Origin: Botryllus schlosseri
Lineage: Eukaryota
Length of the DNA stretch: 64,000 nt
NCBI GenBank assembly: GCA_051294905.1
Contig: CM119374.1
Coordinates: 28,086,001-28,150,000 of the forward strand
Direction: 5' to 3'
Below are positions 36,858 to 51,760 of this stretch, one piece after another. Each line of letters starts with the position of its first letter. The stretch's first letter is position 1. The translations under genes and the position numbers were made by a program. The notes beneath the pieces were generated by a model. That model did no database searches. It saw nothing but the letters and a program-made list of their open reading frames with translations, and was not told the DNA's origin.

Positions 36858-38388
36858 CAGTGGTTCTTAACCTTTTTTCGTCCAGCGCCCCCTTTCAAAA
36901 ATTATCGTGCTCCAGCGCCCCCCTCAACTTCATATTGTAAGGAATGAAATAAAGACAATGAGTAAGAGGGAGGGCCGTAACAGCACTTCGTCAACCCCCC
37001 TAAAAACGATTGCCTTTCGCACCCATAGCGTGATAAACCGAACTTCTGAGGGCTTCGCCCCCACGAACCCCATATCGTGATTTTGATGGTCAGCAAAGTT
37101 TGTGTGGGTTGGTCGCCCTAGGTACCAAAATTTGCTATAATGCATGGTAATTACATTTATAAGTCGCTATAAACTTTTTATCCTCTCAGCCCACGTAATC
37201 AGATTTACCAGTAGCACTGAGTGAGCTGTTGTATAGGAAAATAAGGGGCACGTAATTAATAATTAAACATATTCGGGCGTTCCCGCAGGTACTATTAATC
37301 GTTACCAGGGCCGTAACAGCACTTCGTCAGCCCCCCTCCCCCAACATAAAACGTTGGTCCTCGGCCCCCATCGGGTGATAAACCAAACTTCCGGGGGACT
37401 TCGCTCCCAGACCCCCATTAGGCTGTCCGCTATTTGCTGATAGCCTATTAGGTATCTACATTGGGTGTACATTCACTGAGGGAGCTATTCTCGCCTAGTC
37501 GTGCGAAGTGCGAAAAATTTCACTAATTAATGATTGAATTTGTCAATATCATCGGAAATTGCATGTAAATTGAGATCAATTTTTATCCTCTCTCTGCTCA
37601 CGTAAACACATTTACCGGTAGAGCTGAGTTAGGTGCAATGTTCCCTCTAAGCTGCGCACGTGCGCAGTGCTGACACGGTCTCTGCGCACAGAAAATCTAC
37701 GTTGCGCACAACAAATCCGGAGTTATTACCTTTTTTTAGTCGTTACGCACTGTTGTCAAGGGTCAGCGCAGTGAGTTGTTGAGTGTGCGCAGACTCATCA
37801 AAACTTAAAGCGAACATTGTGAGGTTTCTTGGAAACTGTAGGGCCCGTTACCAATAATTAAACATATTCGGGCAGGCGAACCCGTGGATATGACCTCGTT
37901 GTATGATGTTATTTCGTGACCCCCTGTCTGCAATATCAAAAAATATAGAATCGCTCAACGGTGATATCGCCCAACAGGAATATCCCTGTCGCCCAATCGT
38001 ACTAAACTAAAACACCCACACGATTTCAGATTGGTATTTCTTCACTGACATATAATTTTTCCCTGCCAGATGGAATTCGTCTTCTGGGGTTCAGATTTCC
38101 AAGACAGGAACATTCGGTGTCAGTCATTTAGGCACCCATGGACAATTAAACCTATATGTATTTTGAAGGCTATATGTAACGAAGTTTTCGGTGTTAATTT
38201 GCTCTGAATACTCATTAAGGATATGTCCTATCACCACATCATCTACTGCGAAGCCATTTTTCTCCAGCGCCCCCCATACCGCCCCCCTGAGCCCAGCGCC
38301 CCCCATATCGCCCCCTGAGCGTTTCCGCCCCCCTTCAACATCGCCAGCGCCCCCTGGGGGGCGCTGGGGGCAAGGTTAAGAACCACTG
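36858..38388. mobile_element. Buster/Charlie-like element with nested repeats
   Basis: CAGTGGTTCTTAACC...GGTTAAGAACCACTG; perfect TSD TTTTAGCG; contains two tandem units of about 300 bp starting AGGGCCGTAACAGCACTTCGTCA (about 36970 and 37305) and a CAATG MITE (37636-37819). Confidence 0.88.
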
Positions 38389-38538
38389 TTTTAGCGTGTC
38401 ATTCCAAGCATATTGTGTTGGTAGTAGAGATGTAAATCCGGCAAGTTTTTCACTAACAGGATCGGATACGGACTCATATTTTTGCCCGACTTTCGGATCC
38501 GGACGTGGACAGAATTCAAAATTTCTAGTGCATGAAAG

Positions 38539-38960
38539 TAGGGTTATCATATTTTAAAATCCTAAAAAGTAGACACCTTTCAAAAATACTGAAACATCCA
38601 TCACCGGACAAGAAAACAGGGGATTTTGAAAATTTTTCGACCGATAGAACTGTGTTGACTATATAAAAAAAGGTCATCACTTCGGCTCGACTCACTAAAT
38701 ACACACTTTTTCGCGATAATATCTGGTGCTGACTAAGAAAATGTCGTCTCTTTGACTCGACTCCCGATTTACCCGTTTGTTTTTACGAAACTCTGACGTT
38801 CGTTGCGTCGGAGTCGAGTTTGTGGTTGAATTTTAATCCTTTTTATAGAATATGAGGACAAATTCCCCAAAAAAGAGGACATTTGGGCGTACTCTGAGGA
38901 CACTTTCAATTTAAAAAAATGAGGACAAATCCTCTTGAAAGAGGACGTATGGTATCTCTA
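38539..38960. mobile_element. TAGGGTTACCAT-family MITE
   Basis: TAGGGTTATCAT...ATGGTATCTCTA; ATGAAAG on both flanks. Confidence 0.75.
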
Positions 38961-39881
38961 ATGAAAGTGACTTTCTGTCTCTTTACTCGGATATTTTGTA
39001 TGAACTTGGACTCAGCTGGCTTCAGCACTGCACCACTATGTCGAGGTGTAATTAGAAAGAGTTCGCCGACAGAGGCAAATATAGATGCTCAATGCTCAAC
39101 CTTGTGGAGGATATTTTGTATCCGAATCCGTAATTTCGTAATCAAGCAATCGATATTTTCATTTGGTTAGCCTTCCATTGCACAGTTTACTGTTGGCTTA
39201 TCATTACCGTGTCAATCTATTCTATTATGTTGTGCTGTCGGCTGTATTGTATGTTGCTTAAAGCCACATTAACTACCATGACTTTACTAAAGCGATACTC
39301 ATTTACTAAAATGCAATAATCAGTCTACGACACATATACTTAATTTAAATCCCGGATGTTGATTACCACCATGGCCATCGTAAATATGAAATAGATCTTC
39401 CATGAAATTACCGGAACGATTCTAACAGTCGTCGAGCATGTCCGTCCAGTCCACATTCAAATTGAAATACAAGCAATTTCTACTGAATGCATACTAGTCA
39501 GCCCTCAAGTTTATCGGACCTCGACCTGAAATATTAATCTCGCCTTCCGTCACATGCCACCTCATTTTGTCGCTTGTCATTTTCGGTTTTCAACTTTGAC
39601 TTTTCATTCAGTGGGCATCATGCCTCCTTTTTACATCACTTAGGCCAGGTGAGTGTCTGATTTCAAAGACTACTCCAAGTTGTTTTTCATTGTATTGCAG
39701 TCTTGTGGGGTTTTGAAATGCTGAAATCGTTAATAACAAACTGATACTGATATTCCGAAGTCTCAATCAAAACAATAATTACATCGAATTCAAGAGTTTA
39801 TTCAGCAGTAAAATCTAGGAAACATCATAGGCAATCAAGAGTGTTTCCAGCATATGTGGTCAAACTAGTCATCTTTTATAC

Positions 39882-40177
39882 CAGTGGTTCTCAAACTGGG
39901 GGGCGTGAAAGCATCTTAAAGGGGGCACGAAGCTGAGGTAAACAGATATTTTTCGCGCTCCGCGCGATTTACCCCCAATCCCTAGTTATTTCTCGGTGTA
40001 TAGTCCGAATTTCATATGTGAGAATTCTCTGATCAACAGTCATAACCTTCCATACAATCAAAATATCCGTTGGGATTGCTAGCATTTTGGTTGCATTCTG
40101 TGATATGCCGATAAGGGGGGCGCGAAATTTTCACTACCATAAAGGGGGACGCGTCTAAAAAAGTTTGAGGACCACTG
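39882..40177. mobile_element. Buster/Charlie-like MITE
   Basis: CAGTGGTTCTCAAACT...AGTTTGAGGACCACTG; TSD TTTTATAC/GTTTATAC. Confidence 0.82.
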
Positions 40178-43100
40178 GTTTATACTCGAGTAGAAGTATA
40201 ATCAGCAACTTTTTAAGTAACTACAAGTGCAAGTATCGATTACCAAGCAAGTAAATAAGTAGCCAAGTATTGCATGCCGGGTTTTTCCTAAAACACGGAA
40301 CAATATCATGTATCAAAGTAAATGATTGAATAGTATATTCATATTGAAGTCCCCTGATTACCCCTGACGAATGTCAGCCGAAAATATTCGGGTTCATTTC
40401 AATATGAATGTATTATTTAATTGTGTATTGAAGCTCTGTACCTCCAAGAAGCTCTTCAAAAGTAAATCAATTCTAAAATTATAACCATTTGAGTAAAAAG
40501 TGCATGCAGGCAAAACCTCTTTGATGTATAGTTCGCAAAGTAAAAGTACTTCGTTCCTGACCACATTCAGTTTCCAGCTCATGTTAATATACTCACTGAT
40601 GTCAATTTTCCAGCTAACCAGCTGACATTCTAATACGTTGTGTAATCGGAAACGCGCTTCTTCACATTACCATCATATTTCGCTTTCAATCGCTCAAGCA
40701 CATTGAAACGAGACTTTTCACAGAATTCCACACCAGGAAATGACCATCGACATCGCGCGGCTTGTTTGTTCATACCTCGGAAAAACAACAGTATCTCGCG
40801 AGTGGATCTTCATAAGTCGGAATCGGGTATTGCTAACGAGCGCACCGGGCTCTTGAACGGCGCTTTTTATGATATTTCACTTTCTACTCGACAAGACTTT
40901 CGAGGATATTGTAATAATTCGCGACCCTTGGAGCTCTCTCTTCCGGAATTAGAGGCGTGTTTCAGCTGCTTTGATGGCGCGAATGTCATATTTACAACTA
41001 TCGGGTGATATTGAGTTCATTTGATTGATGCGATTTCCGTTACAGCGGATATGTGGTGAAGTGAACAAGAATGGTATGCATAATTTCAGTTCTCTTTCAT
41101 CCAGCGATGTAAATATAGTCAGCATTGCTACTCTAGTACAGTAGAAGACAAAGTCACGACATGAATGTCTTCTCAACTACATGCGAATCTGCCATTCTCA
41201 GGACTATTGACAATATCATTCAACACGCGATGGAAACATATCCCTAAACTATTTTAGGTTTTATAATATACAAGGTCTAAAATGATTAGTGTTATTTAAA
41301 AACTGTCCAGTTGAAGCGTAAATGGTCTAATCACGTAACCACATGAGTAAGTGATGAAAGTAGAGAAACTTAACTTGATTACTCTTAAAAAGTAGACTTG
41401 CTTCATTACTGATGAATGCCTTCTCTGAGTTGCAGAGCTTCAATATATAATTGAATAATATGTGCGATTACTCGAAATTTCATGGCGGTGAAGTCATGTT
41501 TTGTGATACGATTGTTGATGTTGATATACGATGTTTTGTCCAATTCTCTGCTATTTGCTGACTATTACCCCTGACGACTGTCAGCCGAAAATATTCGGCT
41601 TTATTTCAAGATGAAAATATCATTCAATTACACTGAAAAAATGTCATCAACCAATACACGCTAATTGATTGATTTTATACCAGGGGTTTGTTTGTTTGTG
41701 TGTTTGTTAGGTATTGATGTTGTTTGTCGACTACTATGGTCATTTACACCAGGCCGATATCCTTCATTTTTATTCCGTAACTGCCGACTTATAGCACGAA
41801 CCACTTCTAGGCTTTTTGTAAGACACCGATTACGCCGATTATCAGGGGTAGCCAACTCAGAACGACTCGCGGATCACTTTCCAAATTTCGCCGAGGCTGC
41901 GGGCCGCACGAATTCGATATCGATGTAAAATGGCCAAAGATTAACAACCACGTTCATGGAACTTTACGCCAGTACGACGCTGTGCTCTCCAACGTGGGCG
42001 ACGGGCATAGTTACCACAAAAGAAATAGTATTTTATTAAAGAAATACAAATACTACAAAAATATCCTGATCTTCGCTTTCATTCTATTCTGAACTATGAG
42101 CTGCGTACGATACAACTCAACACCTTTCAGAGACTAAAGAATCGCTACTGGGGTTAGCTGGTATTTGCAAGAAGTCTATCTCCTCGCAAAGGTTGATCAT
42201 GTGGGAAAGCCCCAAGTCGAGTTTTATAAGCGTCTTGGTCTAGCTAGGTATAGTGTCTGGGCCATTGCACGCCAAGAAAATACGCCCATTCATATCAGCT
42301 AATCCTTCCTCCGTGGAATGCTATTACCATCGCCGAAGCCATACCAGCTAGTGAGGAATAGTAATGTTGGACACAGGGGAATGACTTATTTTGAACAACG
42401 ACAACAATATTTTTAAAGTACGAATTCAATTTCAGCATTTCAAAATGGGTTTCCAAGCGTTCTTCCGTAATCTCAAATCAGGTCGCGAGTCGCAAAATAT
42501 GACCTTGCAGGCCGCGTGTTGGTGACCCCTGTTCATATTACTTGGCATGCACAATATTAAACTAATTTTCATGAAATATTCGAGGTCTTGATGCAACTAC
42601 AAAATCGATTACATGATCTAAAAGTCTAAAATATTGGACTCGGTCAATAGGTCATCCCAGTTAACCCGTTATTCTTTCGTTGTGCAATATTCCTCAGAGT
42701 GCGGAGGACGAAAATTGGTGTCTTGCTGCTTGGTACATCCTGTCGTGTGCACCGTATCGCCCGCCTCCAACAACAGACGGATTAGATGGATTGACCGTGA
42801 CGACATGGTCGGAGAAACCACGACCCCGAAACTTCGATTCATATCGCCACACCGTGCAGTGCGTTACAAGTCCCGAAAATCCCGTGGCGGCACTTGAACA
42901 TCGTCACGGTCAAGCAGTGGACGCTGGCACAAGGAGAGACTGGGAAATGTGTAAATGAAATGGAATTCGGAAGGCGTCATGCCTTTCGTACTTGGCGTAT
43001 CTAACGCAGACGTGGACAAATCGATGATTTTGGTAGTCTAATTAGACTAATTAAAGCGAAATACTGGTCATTTAATTATATTCCAATTCGTGAAATGTTT

Positions 43101-44788
43101 CTATGATATAATTATAATATATTTTCTGGTTTTCCTGGGAATTCTACAGGGCAACTGCGGCATAGTGCGGTATAACGCTTGTGAGCGTCAATTCTGATTT
43201 GGTATGAACTGAACGTGATTTTAGATGTTTTCTTTTTAATTCGGGTGTTTTAGGAATTTTAAGTTTTTGGGAATTCGGTATTTCTAATTCTAATCTAGTT
43301 TGTAAAGAACTGTGTAGCTATGATTCTAACGCCACTACAATTTGGAATAGATTAACATATTTTTATTGTCCGACTCTGATCTATACTGGCTTACGATATC
43401 ATGAGAACTATGTGGTCATTTTGCTAATCCGTTAACGTACAGAACTGTAAAATCGCGGCACTTCTATGTATAAACGTGTCTGCTAAGTTGCTATGGAGCT
43501 CTATACGCTGGGAAGTTTCTGCGTTTGCAGCCCGTGCCGACCTTCGTGATTAAGTTCGCTGAGTTGATGCTAAAGCAAGCGCGGTGCTTTGTATGATAAT
43601 ATAGATTATCCTAAATACAGCATTTTACGCTATTTTCGGCACCACTCAACCCACGATTGTACTTTAAAAACCCATCATTCGGCAGACTTTCTGCCAATAA
43701 TTTTAAAGTGAAATCTTATTACTCCACGGCGCGCCGTGTAGTTCGTAATAAAAAATACAGGAATCTTTTAGAGTAAACAAACGAGTCGAAAGAGGGGCGT
43801 GATTTGTATTTAATATTATACCCTTCTGACCACTTCACATGCCAGCGGCCGCTGTGTAACGGGTAATGAGCATACTGAAATAGAACAAGGGAAAACAATA
43901 AGATATGTACTCAGCGAGTATTGAAATGACTCTCAAACACGAGGTTGTAATAATATGCCGCATGGAAGTAATATAAATGAAATGATGTAATATAAATGAA
44001 GAGAAAATCAGGATCTCCATTCTTTCCGTATACCCTGTAATAATGATGATATAATATGGTGAAGATTAGAGAGAAATTTTAAATTAGACATAAAAATTAA
44101 AATGAAACGATCTTGTGTATTGATTCGACTTCTATTCGAGTCATTGCACATGACAAGTCATAGTATACTAGACATATTCTATTTGACATATTCAAGTCCC
44201 GTATATCAGGACCGATAATTAAAAAAATAGGCCCAGAAACTGTATTTTTCTGTTTGAATAAACATGTTTATATTGAGAAAACGGGTGTATTATTAATCCG
44301 AGGTCTTCGATAGCACCCAAACGCTTCACGAAAGTGAGTTGAATCTGGCTTAAACACGATAGTGAACAGCAAACACTATGACTAGGACCCGGACTCGAGT
44401 CCCAACATTATGGCTCGGACTCGACCGTTGCTTCCTGAATTGGACTCGGAATTGATTCGGCCATTAACAGAGAACGACTTGCCTTGACTCGAGTCAAAAC
44501 TACAAAATTCCAATTGACTTGTGTCTAGGAACCGTGTGACTTGATTTTGTTATTCTTTTCGATACGGTACATGAAATCCGAAAAGTGCAGTTACTACGGA
44601 ATTTTGGAATGGATTTCAAAGGATTCCCAAGGAATCAGCGATGCCAATAAATATTTGAATTGTTTTTAGATCTCTCATATTTCGATCCCACAATGTAGGG
44701 TTGCATTTAAAACAAAAATCAATTAAAAACAAACATCTTTAAAACAAGGGCCTAATTTAAAACATTTTTTAAAATTATCATATCTATG

Positions 44789-45215
44789 CAGGGTAGCATT
44801 TAAAACAAAAATCCATTAAAAGCAAACATCTTTAAAACAAGGCCCTAATTTAAAACATTTTTAAAAATTATTTTATTTCAAGTCATGACGTCACGAATAT
44901 TCAATTGTGACGTCATAATGGATTGACATTGACACTTGAAAATATAGGGTAAATATAGCTCCTTTGACAAAATATCTGTTCTATAACTGTCGAACCGACA
45001 ATTTTGAGGGTTCTAACCATGCCATATCGATATAAGTCGGCTAAATCGGGTGGCAATTGTCCGTAGGCTCATACAACACGTTTTTGGGAAAGTATTTACA
45101 CAATAATGGCATAATTCTACAACTTAAAAAACACAATTTTTTTTTAAAGGCTTCTGTGTAAAACATCTTTTAAACAAAGTTTCTTTAAACACCGTTTGTT
45201 TTAAATTCAACCCTA
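44789..45215. mobile_element. hAT-type MITE (AGGGTTGCATTTAAAACAAA termini), preceded by a duplicated end of about 90 bp at 44696-44780
   Basis: CAGGGTAGCATTTAAAACAAA...TTTGTTTTAAATTCAACCCTA; TSD TATCTATG/AATCTATG. Confidence 0.65.
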
Positions 45216-46515
45216 AATCTATGTGAGACCGAGATGTCTTACAACCGTCGTATAAAGTTTGTGGGAACTGACTGGTAATTACAAGGGTGAAACATTTCAC
45301 AATTTTATCAGAATTAGATTACCGAAATTTTGCTCGAATTAGAAGTAGAATTAACTAGTTGTGTTATCTAGTTAGGGCGACGCAAAACTACTCAAATCTC
45401 GACCGATGCTTGGTCGCGTTGATAGCGAAATACCTGAATTTCAGATGATTTTAATGCGGAACATGTGATTGATACTTCGGAACTAGTAACGCCCTTTAAT
45501 TTCGATCAGTGTTGACGTTGTGCAATGTCAAATTTATTTATTCACGGTCACGTTGAGGCAATATTCTTGGCAACAGTATTGTTTCATCCAGCTGCGCCAG
45601 TCTCGAATAATACTCCGTCAATACAAGCTCTTTCTGTCGATTCTCGACCCGTAACTAAGGATGAAAGGACTTAGGCCCCTATGCGGTCGTCTTTGAAGGT
45701 ATGCTATCTGTGGGTTGTCAAATAGACTCGTCATAATACGAACGAAGATGCTATCACTATACAAACATGCCTGAAAGGACGAGAGAGCATGTAATGGTCG
45801 GTTAACTCCGTCGTATAAGCCAGCATAGGCCGAAATCGCAAGCAGCTCGTGGCTTATTATTGATCTGTACTAATAATGCTAGATAGCTGACAGGGATATC
45901 AAATTTATCAGTTCATCACTATGTACTTATTTAGAAGAAGCTCTGTGATCGGTTAGACCAGGCTTTCGATCATACATAGGACACCTGAACAGAACGAATA
46001 GATATGTCATAGATATTTTAGGTTGGCCAGCAGGTTCGCTTTAATCTTCACGTTTCAATTTTGCAGGGGTTGATATTGCTGATCGGTCAGTTTCACTCAT
46101 GGCGTACATAGCAATACCTAGATACGGCAATCTCAACTTTATGTCGTAGAATGTTGATCTTTGAGTTACAGAACTTATATATAATTGAAAGGTATGTTCA
46201 TGTTGAAGTAATCACCACTATTTTTGACTGGCACCCATCAGGGGTAATCGTCTGCAACTAGCAGAGAATTGGAGATAACATTGTATATACGATCGAAATT
46301 GTGACCATGACCTGACCATAGTGGCTCATCTAGTGTTACAGCTGTAAATTTGTACGAGAATACGTGCTGAGAAACGTGTCTTCCAAGTATACCTTTGCTA
46401 TTTAAGCGAGAGTGGAGCTTGATGCTTTCGAAGCGTTCTATAGTAGGATGTCATGTGGATTTGTGTTCACTGAGAGCATGGCACAAGCTTCACAATCTAA
46501 ACATATCGAATTAGG

Positions 46516-46908
46516 TAGGGTTACCATACGTCCTTCTTGCGGAGGATTTGTCGTCCTTTCTAAAGAAATGACCTCCCTTCGCCCAAATGTCCTCTTTTTG
46601 ACACGTTGCCATCCATTTTAGCCTAAAATGCCCCAAAAGACCACGAAATACGTATAATTTGGTCTAAAAGATAGACGTCAGGTTATGCAGGAGTCAAATC
46701 TGAAAAATGGCAACGCGAACACTACATAACGACAGGTAAAAGTGGGTAATTCGGGAGTCGAGACAGACTGGTGACCTTTTCATTTTTTTAGTGAACGCAA
46801 CAAGATTTCCAGTAATTATTGCAAAATTCACCGTTTTCTATTTCGGTAATGTAACTTTTATGATTTCATAAAAGTGTCCTTCCCGGATTCCAAAATATGG
46901 TAACCCTA
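46516..46908. mobile_element. TAGGGTTACCAT-family MITE
   Basis: Perfect 12-bp TIR TAGGGTTACCAT; TSD GAATTAGG/CAATTAGG. A partial copy lies at about 53820-54060. Confidence 0.85.
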
Positions 46909-49000
46909 CAATTAGGGATGTAGCAATTTAAGGGTATAACAATTTTGAAGTTAATTGACTAAGTATTACAAGGAACTAGATTCGGAATGCCATCTACGAT
47001 AACTTGTAATTGCAATAGACACTCTGTTTACTGTTCGGCGACCTTGTATACCTATTGCGTTATGCTATAGAGGCAGTGTAAACATAAGATGTTGCTTGCC
47101 ATTTATGGTAATCGCTGTGGACGACCTTGCTTTAATACTATATTCGACGGACTAGTTATTGCAATATGGCGATGGTTTATTTTCGCTCGACGCGATATAC
47201 ACTGTCATCGTAAAATTGCTTAGCACTTGATTGCCGAGCAATCCTCTAACGATGTACTGTACATCATAAATCGTGTTTTTAAATACGAAAATCGCAGGTT
47301 CATTAGTCTTGTGTTTTTATACGAAGTATACGCTGGGCATCAAATATGCCGATAGAATAGTTTGCGTGATAAATGATTGCTTCTTTATTCATCTCAGTGT
47401 AGTAATGACTCTATCCTAGTCGCAGTATTTTGTTGACTCGAGTCCCTTTCTTAAAAATGTGTGTTGAGTTGAAAATGACTCGACCTGACCCAAGTCAAAA
47501 CTATAAAAGTGACTGGTGACTCGGATACAATGCTGGTTCATGTTACGCGGAATGATTTTAAACATGAGCGGTTGCAATTATCATATATCAATTCCGATCA
47601 CGCGGAGTTTAGTATCATGTATTCCGGTAATTGACAGCAGTAGTATCAAATCGCTAACCAAGGACGCGTTTTGCACAGGCTCGCCCCTGTGCTGTTGATG
47701 TGGTGATTTGTCATGTCTACCGTTACAATTCAACACCGATGCATGACAGAGCCTGTCGTTTTATGATACTGCTATCTATTTTGCAAACGAATGCTGTGAC
47801 AAATGATGGGCTTGAGAACTGACGGTTTATCTCTAGGTGTTTGTTGACCCGAGCGATTACCTGCTGTCACCTAAAAGCGACAAGGGATCTTTGGTGTTCC
47901 GATTACTGTATACTACATGCCTAAGTTTTAGTAGTCGCGTATCGGGGTAGGGGCTGCTGCATTTAAAACAATATTTCATAACCGAAAAATCTTGCGACCC
48001 AAACAAAGGACGGTAATATTCCTAGTGATGAAATTGTAACTCAATTCCCACTCAAAATGAGTTTGAACACTGAGTAACGTTTCTTAAATACGGGTCATGG
48101 TGTATAATGTTCAAGTTTTATGATCACTTTATGTTTTCAATTATATTTAATGTTATTTTTTCGCCTCATATACATTATGCCTGAAAACAAGCGAGCCAAA
48201 AAATAATAGTGTGCGTTAGGAACCGTGAGTTAAAGGTATATGTCTTGCTGGAGAACTATCTCTAACATTAAAAAACAAAAACTAAAGAAATTTGTCGTAA
48301 CAGAACAGGTGCATAACTGCATATGCCTTCACGCATCAACATACCGAGATACTCCTACAAAAATACGTTAGACAATCGATAAGAATTAGGAATATTATAC
48401 TGTCGGTCGCTGATATTTATGTTCTGGATTCGGTGACCAACAAAATGGCAATGTATCCATATTCTGATACTGCTGATCCCCAATCCAACCCAGAGAGTCG
48501 TTTCAGCGAACTAAGATTTATGAACGTTGACAGGAGGATGTATTCATTAATTTGATACACGCATTCCATATGGTATACGTTGACAACGGGACCAGAATGG
48601 CTTCAGTGCGGTTGTGTTTCTTCGGGGTAACAAAATTGACATGGTTATCGCCATTTGTAGTATATGTTTATCGTTGTGCACGGCTTCTTGTGGATCGTAG
48701 TCCATTAGCTTTTGACAGTTTTGTAATATTTCACGTCCTACTACCGGTGTATTATTAGTTCAGTTTATTGCTAAATTTTTATCCAATCAATACACCACAA
48801 GAATGCGATACAATGAAAAGATGGGAAGGTGCCGAAACGACTTTGAGTAGTCCTTAAATCAGAAACCCACCTGGGCTCAGGCGAGGTAAAGAGGAGGAAT
48901 GCACATTGAATGAAAAGTAATAGAGGGTAACATAGAAAGATAAAACGAGGTGGCATGTTTGGCAATTTCCTTCCCTCACTCAAGACTTGGTCAACTAGAT

Positions 49001-49857
49001 CAGTGGTTCTCAACCGGGGTCCGCGAAGCATTTTCAGGGGGTCCGTCATGCCTCTAAATTTACAAAATGATTGACAACTTTACTATATTTTTTAAAGTAA
49101 AGAAATTACGAGGCAGTTTCGCGTCATTACTGCTACAATTTCATGATTCACATCAACAGAATGACCATCTGGGATGAAATATCGTACTGTGCGAAGCCAT
49201 TTTAATTACCAAATTGGCAATAGTCTACTGATACAAACATACTGCTGTTTAGAGATGTTTTGTTGAAGTTTGCGGAAAAAATAATAAAGTAGGATTAGTA
49301 AGGTCAATCAGCGTGACTTCAAATGTAGGCCAAAATCCATTTTTTCCTGTGATATACATAACTACTGTTCCAGAACAACTTCGAGATGAGCTGCTAGATA
49401 GAAATGATTAGGATGGACGCTATATGTTCAATAAAAAATCTGTGTCTCTATTTTGGCGGCATATATATATTGCGATCATACCCAAATGGGTCGTCGGAAG
49501 CGTTGCGCATTATTATAGCATTCGCCACCGCCTATCTTTGTGGAAATAAATCTTCGGCACTCATTCATATCAAATCGAAGGCGCTGATTTTCAAGACACT
49601 ATAGGCCTACCACGTATTTCAAGAAATGCAGCTGCAGATTTCGCTACCGTCTATCCAATTTTCACATGAACAGTTCGATGTTATTTTCGAAAATAGTCAT
49701 TTTGTTGCTGTTTGTCACTAGCATACAGTTAATATACGCCAAACGCAGATGACGGTTGCACGATAATTGAGCTAAATGTTAACAAAACTTAGGGGTACGC
49801 GGGTGTCGTTGACGGGCCAAACGGGGTCCGCGAATACAAAGAGGTTGAGAACCACTG
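49001..49857. mobile_element. Buster/Charlie-like MITE
   Basis: CAGTGGTTCTCAACC...GGTTGAGAACCACTG; perfect TSD AACTAGAT. Confidence 0.9.
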
Positions 49858-51599
49858 AACTAGATATTTCTAGTTGACTAATTAGATTAGACTTATTAAA
49901 ACGAAAGGCCGGTAATCTAATTCTAATCTAATACTTAAAAATCGTTTCAGCTATAATTCTCATTTTGGTGTATGTACCTCTGCATTCCCCCACCCTTTTT
50001 CTTGATACCTGGAAGTATTACTACGAATCAAACAATACGCAAACACACTGTAATGTGCGGACTCCCTTCTCTTTGCAGTGTAATACTCCCATGTTATGGT
50101 CGGTGATTAGTCAGTCATGCATTCGCCCGTGTATACTAGCTTGTATCTCCAAGTTTTCAGTCCAACGATCAAACGGCTGTTTGTATTTATTGAGATCTCG
50201 CCTTGTGTTGTAAAGTATTCGCGCGAAATCGCCGACATTTGTTTGTGAGCGCCTATCAACAGAATATCGGCCTTATGTCAACTCTCCGTCGCATCGCGTG
50301 AGAGGCCATGATACGGCGCTTGGCTTATGCAGCATAAAGACGCGTTGGTATTTCACACATTACCACGTCCATTCATCAACAGACCCCGGGTTGCTCAATG
50401 AAATATAGCTTTTATTCATATCGCGGAGAGGCAGCTGTCACGATTTGATTGATGTGTGCTAGGAATGTGACGTGCTGATGACACGTGCCCTCGTATATAA
50501 GCGCGCTAATAATAGAGATCGCCTCGGCGCTAAATATGCAATAAACCTATACTTAGAGCTACTTGCCATACCGTTGTTATCAATATTGCTCATCGTGGAT
50601 TCTCAGCTGCGCGCTTATGCTATCCTGTTATTGTATCGAATCAGCAGTGCATACCAACTAATAGCCTTATACATAAACCATAATCCATAAACCGGATTCA
50701 ATAATTTCACTGACCATCACTAGACTATACCATTTTGATCAGCGGACCTCTATTACACCACAACGAACCCCGACGGACCCGCGAAGCTTAATTATCGTGC
50801 AACCGTAATCTGCCGTGTGCAAATATTACCTGTATGCTAGTGGTAAATGGCAATAAAATGAATTTTCGTGAAAATAACATCATACTATTTATGATGAAGT
50901 TGGTAACACGTTTATTATTTCAAAGCGAAATCTGTATAATAAAATTTTTGGATTTCCTGAAAATGCTACAGGATTGTGCGAAGCGAGCCAAGTTTGGTGA
51001 ACGGACATTTGCAATTCTCACGCTTATGATAATGAACTATGTTTTGATATGAACTCAGCTTGATTGTTGTTGTGTTTCAATGAATGTAATTCAATTTTCA
51101 GTCAATCATTCTAATTCTAATCCATTACAAACAACCGATACCATGGCTACATCGATCGTTGCGTTATTTTCCTCGATACTGTACGATTCCCAATCACCCG
51201 TAACGGTACTCGGGTGAATCAATATCTCCGCGTCAAAGCCAAGTCCGCAAGCGGCGGGGTGAATCCAGCAACCGTGTCAACCCGTTTTAAGCACGGTCCC
51301 GCCACACTCCAGCTACATTCAGTAATCCATGACCGATTCCGCGCCTTGCAGCTTCCTTATCTGTCATTTCGCGATACCTGCAAATTCACCGCATCTGAAC
51401 CATGCCGGAACTTCAACAGCGTACGCTTTTCTGTCATGGTACTGCCGTTTTATTGCTACGTGACTCATGTCCTTCCCATAACTGACGAATACCTAAGCCT
51501 TTAATGGCTTAATTAACTGAAAGTCGCAAACCGGCGCGAGATATGTTACAATACTGATTCACCAGACCCTCTACCAGGCTTGAACAACTAGATAGTTCT

Positions 51600-51760
51600 G
51601 GTTGTCTAATTTAGCGAAACGCAGGTATTCTGATTCTAATATAATTTGTGAAATGTGTCTTTGCTCTAGTTTTAATTATTATCTAATTTCTGGTTTTCCT
51701 GAAAATGCTACAAGAGAACTGTGTAGTGCGAAACGAGCCAAGCGTGGTGTACACTGTACA
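51600..51760 (-). repeat. Representative copy of an unclassified repeat (family H)
   Basis: Core GCTTGGCTCGTTTCGCACTACACAGTTCTCTTGTAGCATTTTCAGGAAAACCAGAAATTAGAT seen at about 4070-4340, 22400-22570, 23700-23900, 43060-43330, 50930-51125 and 61980-62060. Confidence 0.72.

Noticed and set aside
42634-43010. GC-rich ORFs as the missing last esterase exon or a recognisable gene
   Set aside because: The esterase ends at 33288-33462; none of the frames here gave a recognisable protein. Kept only as an unassigned island.
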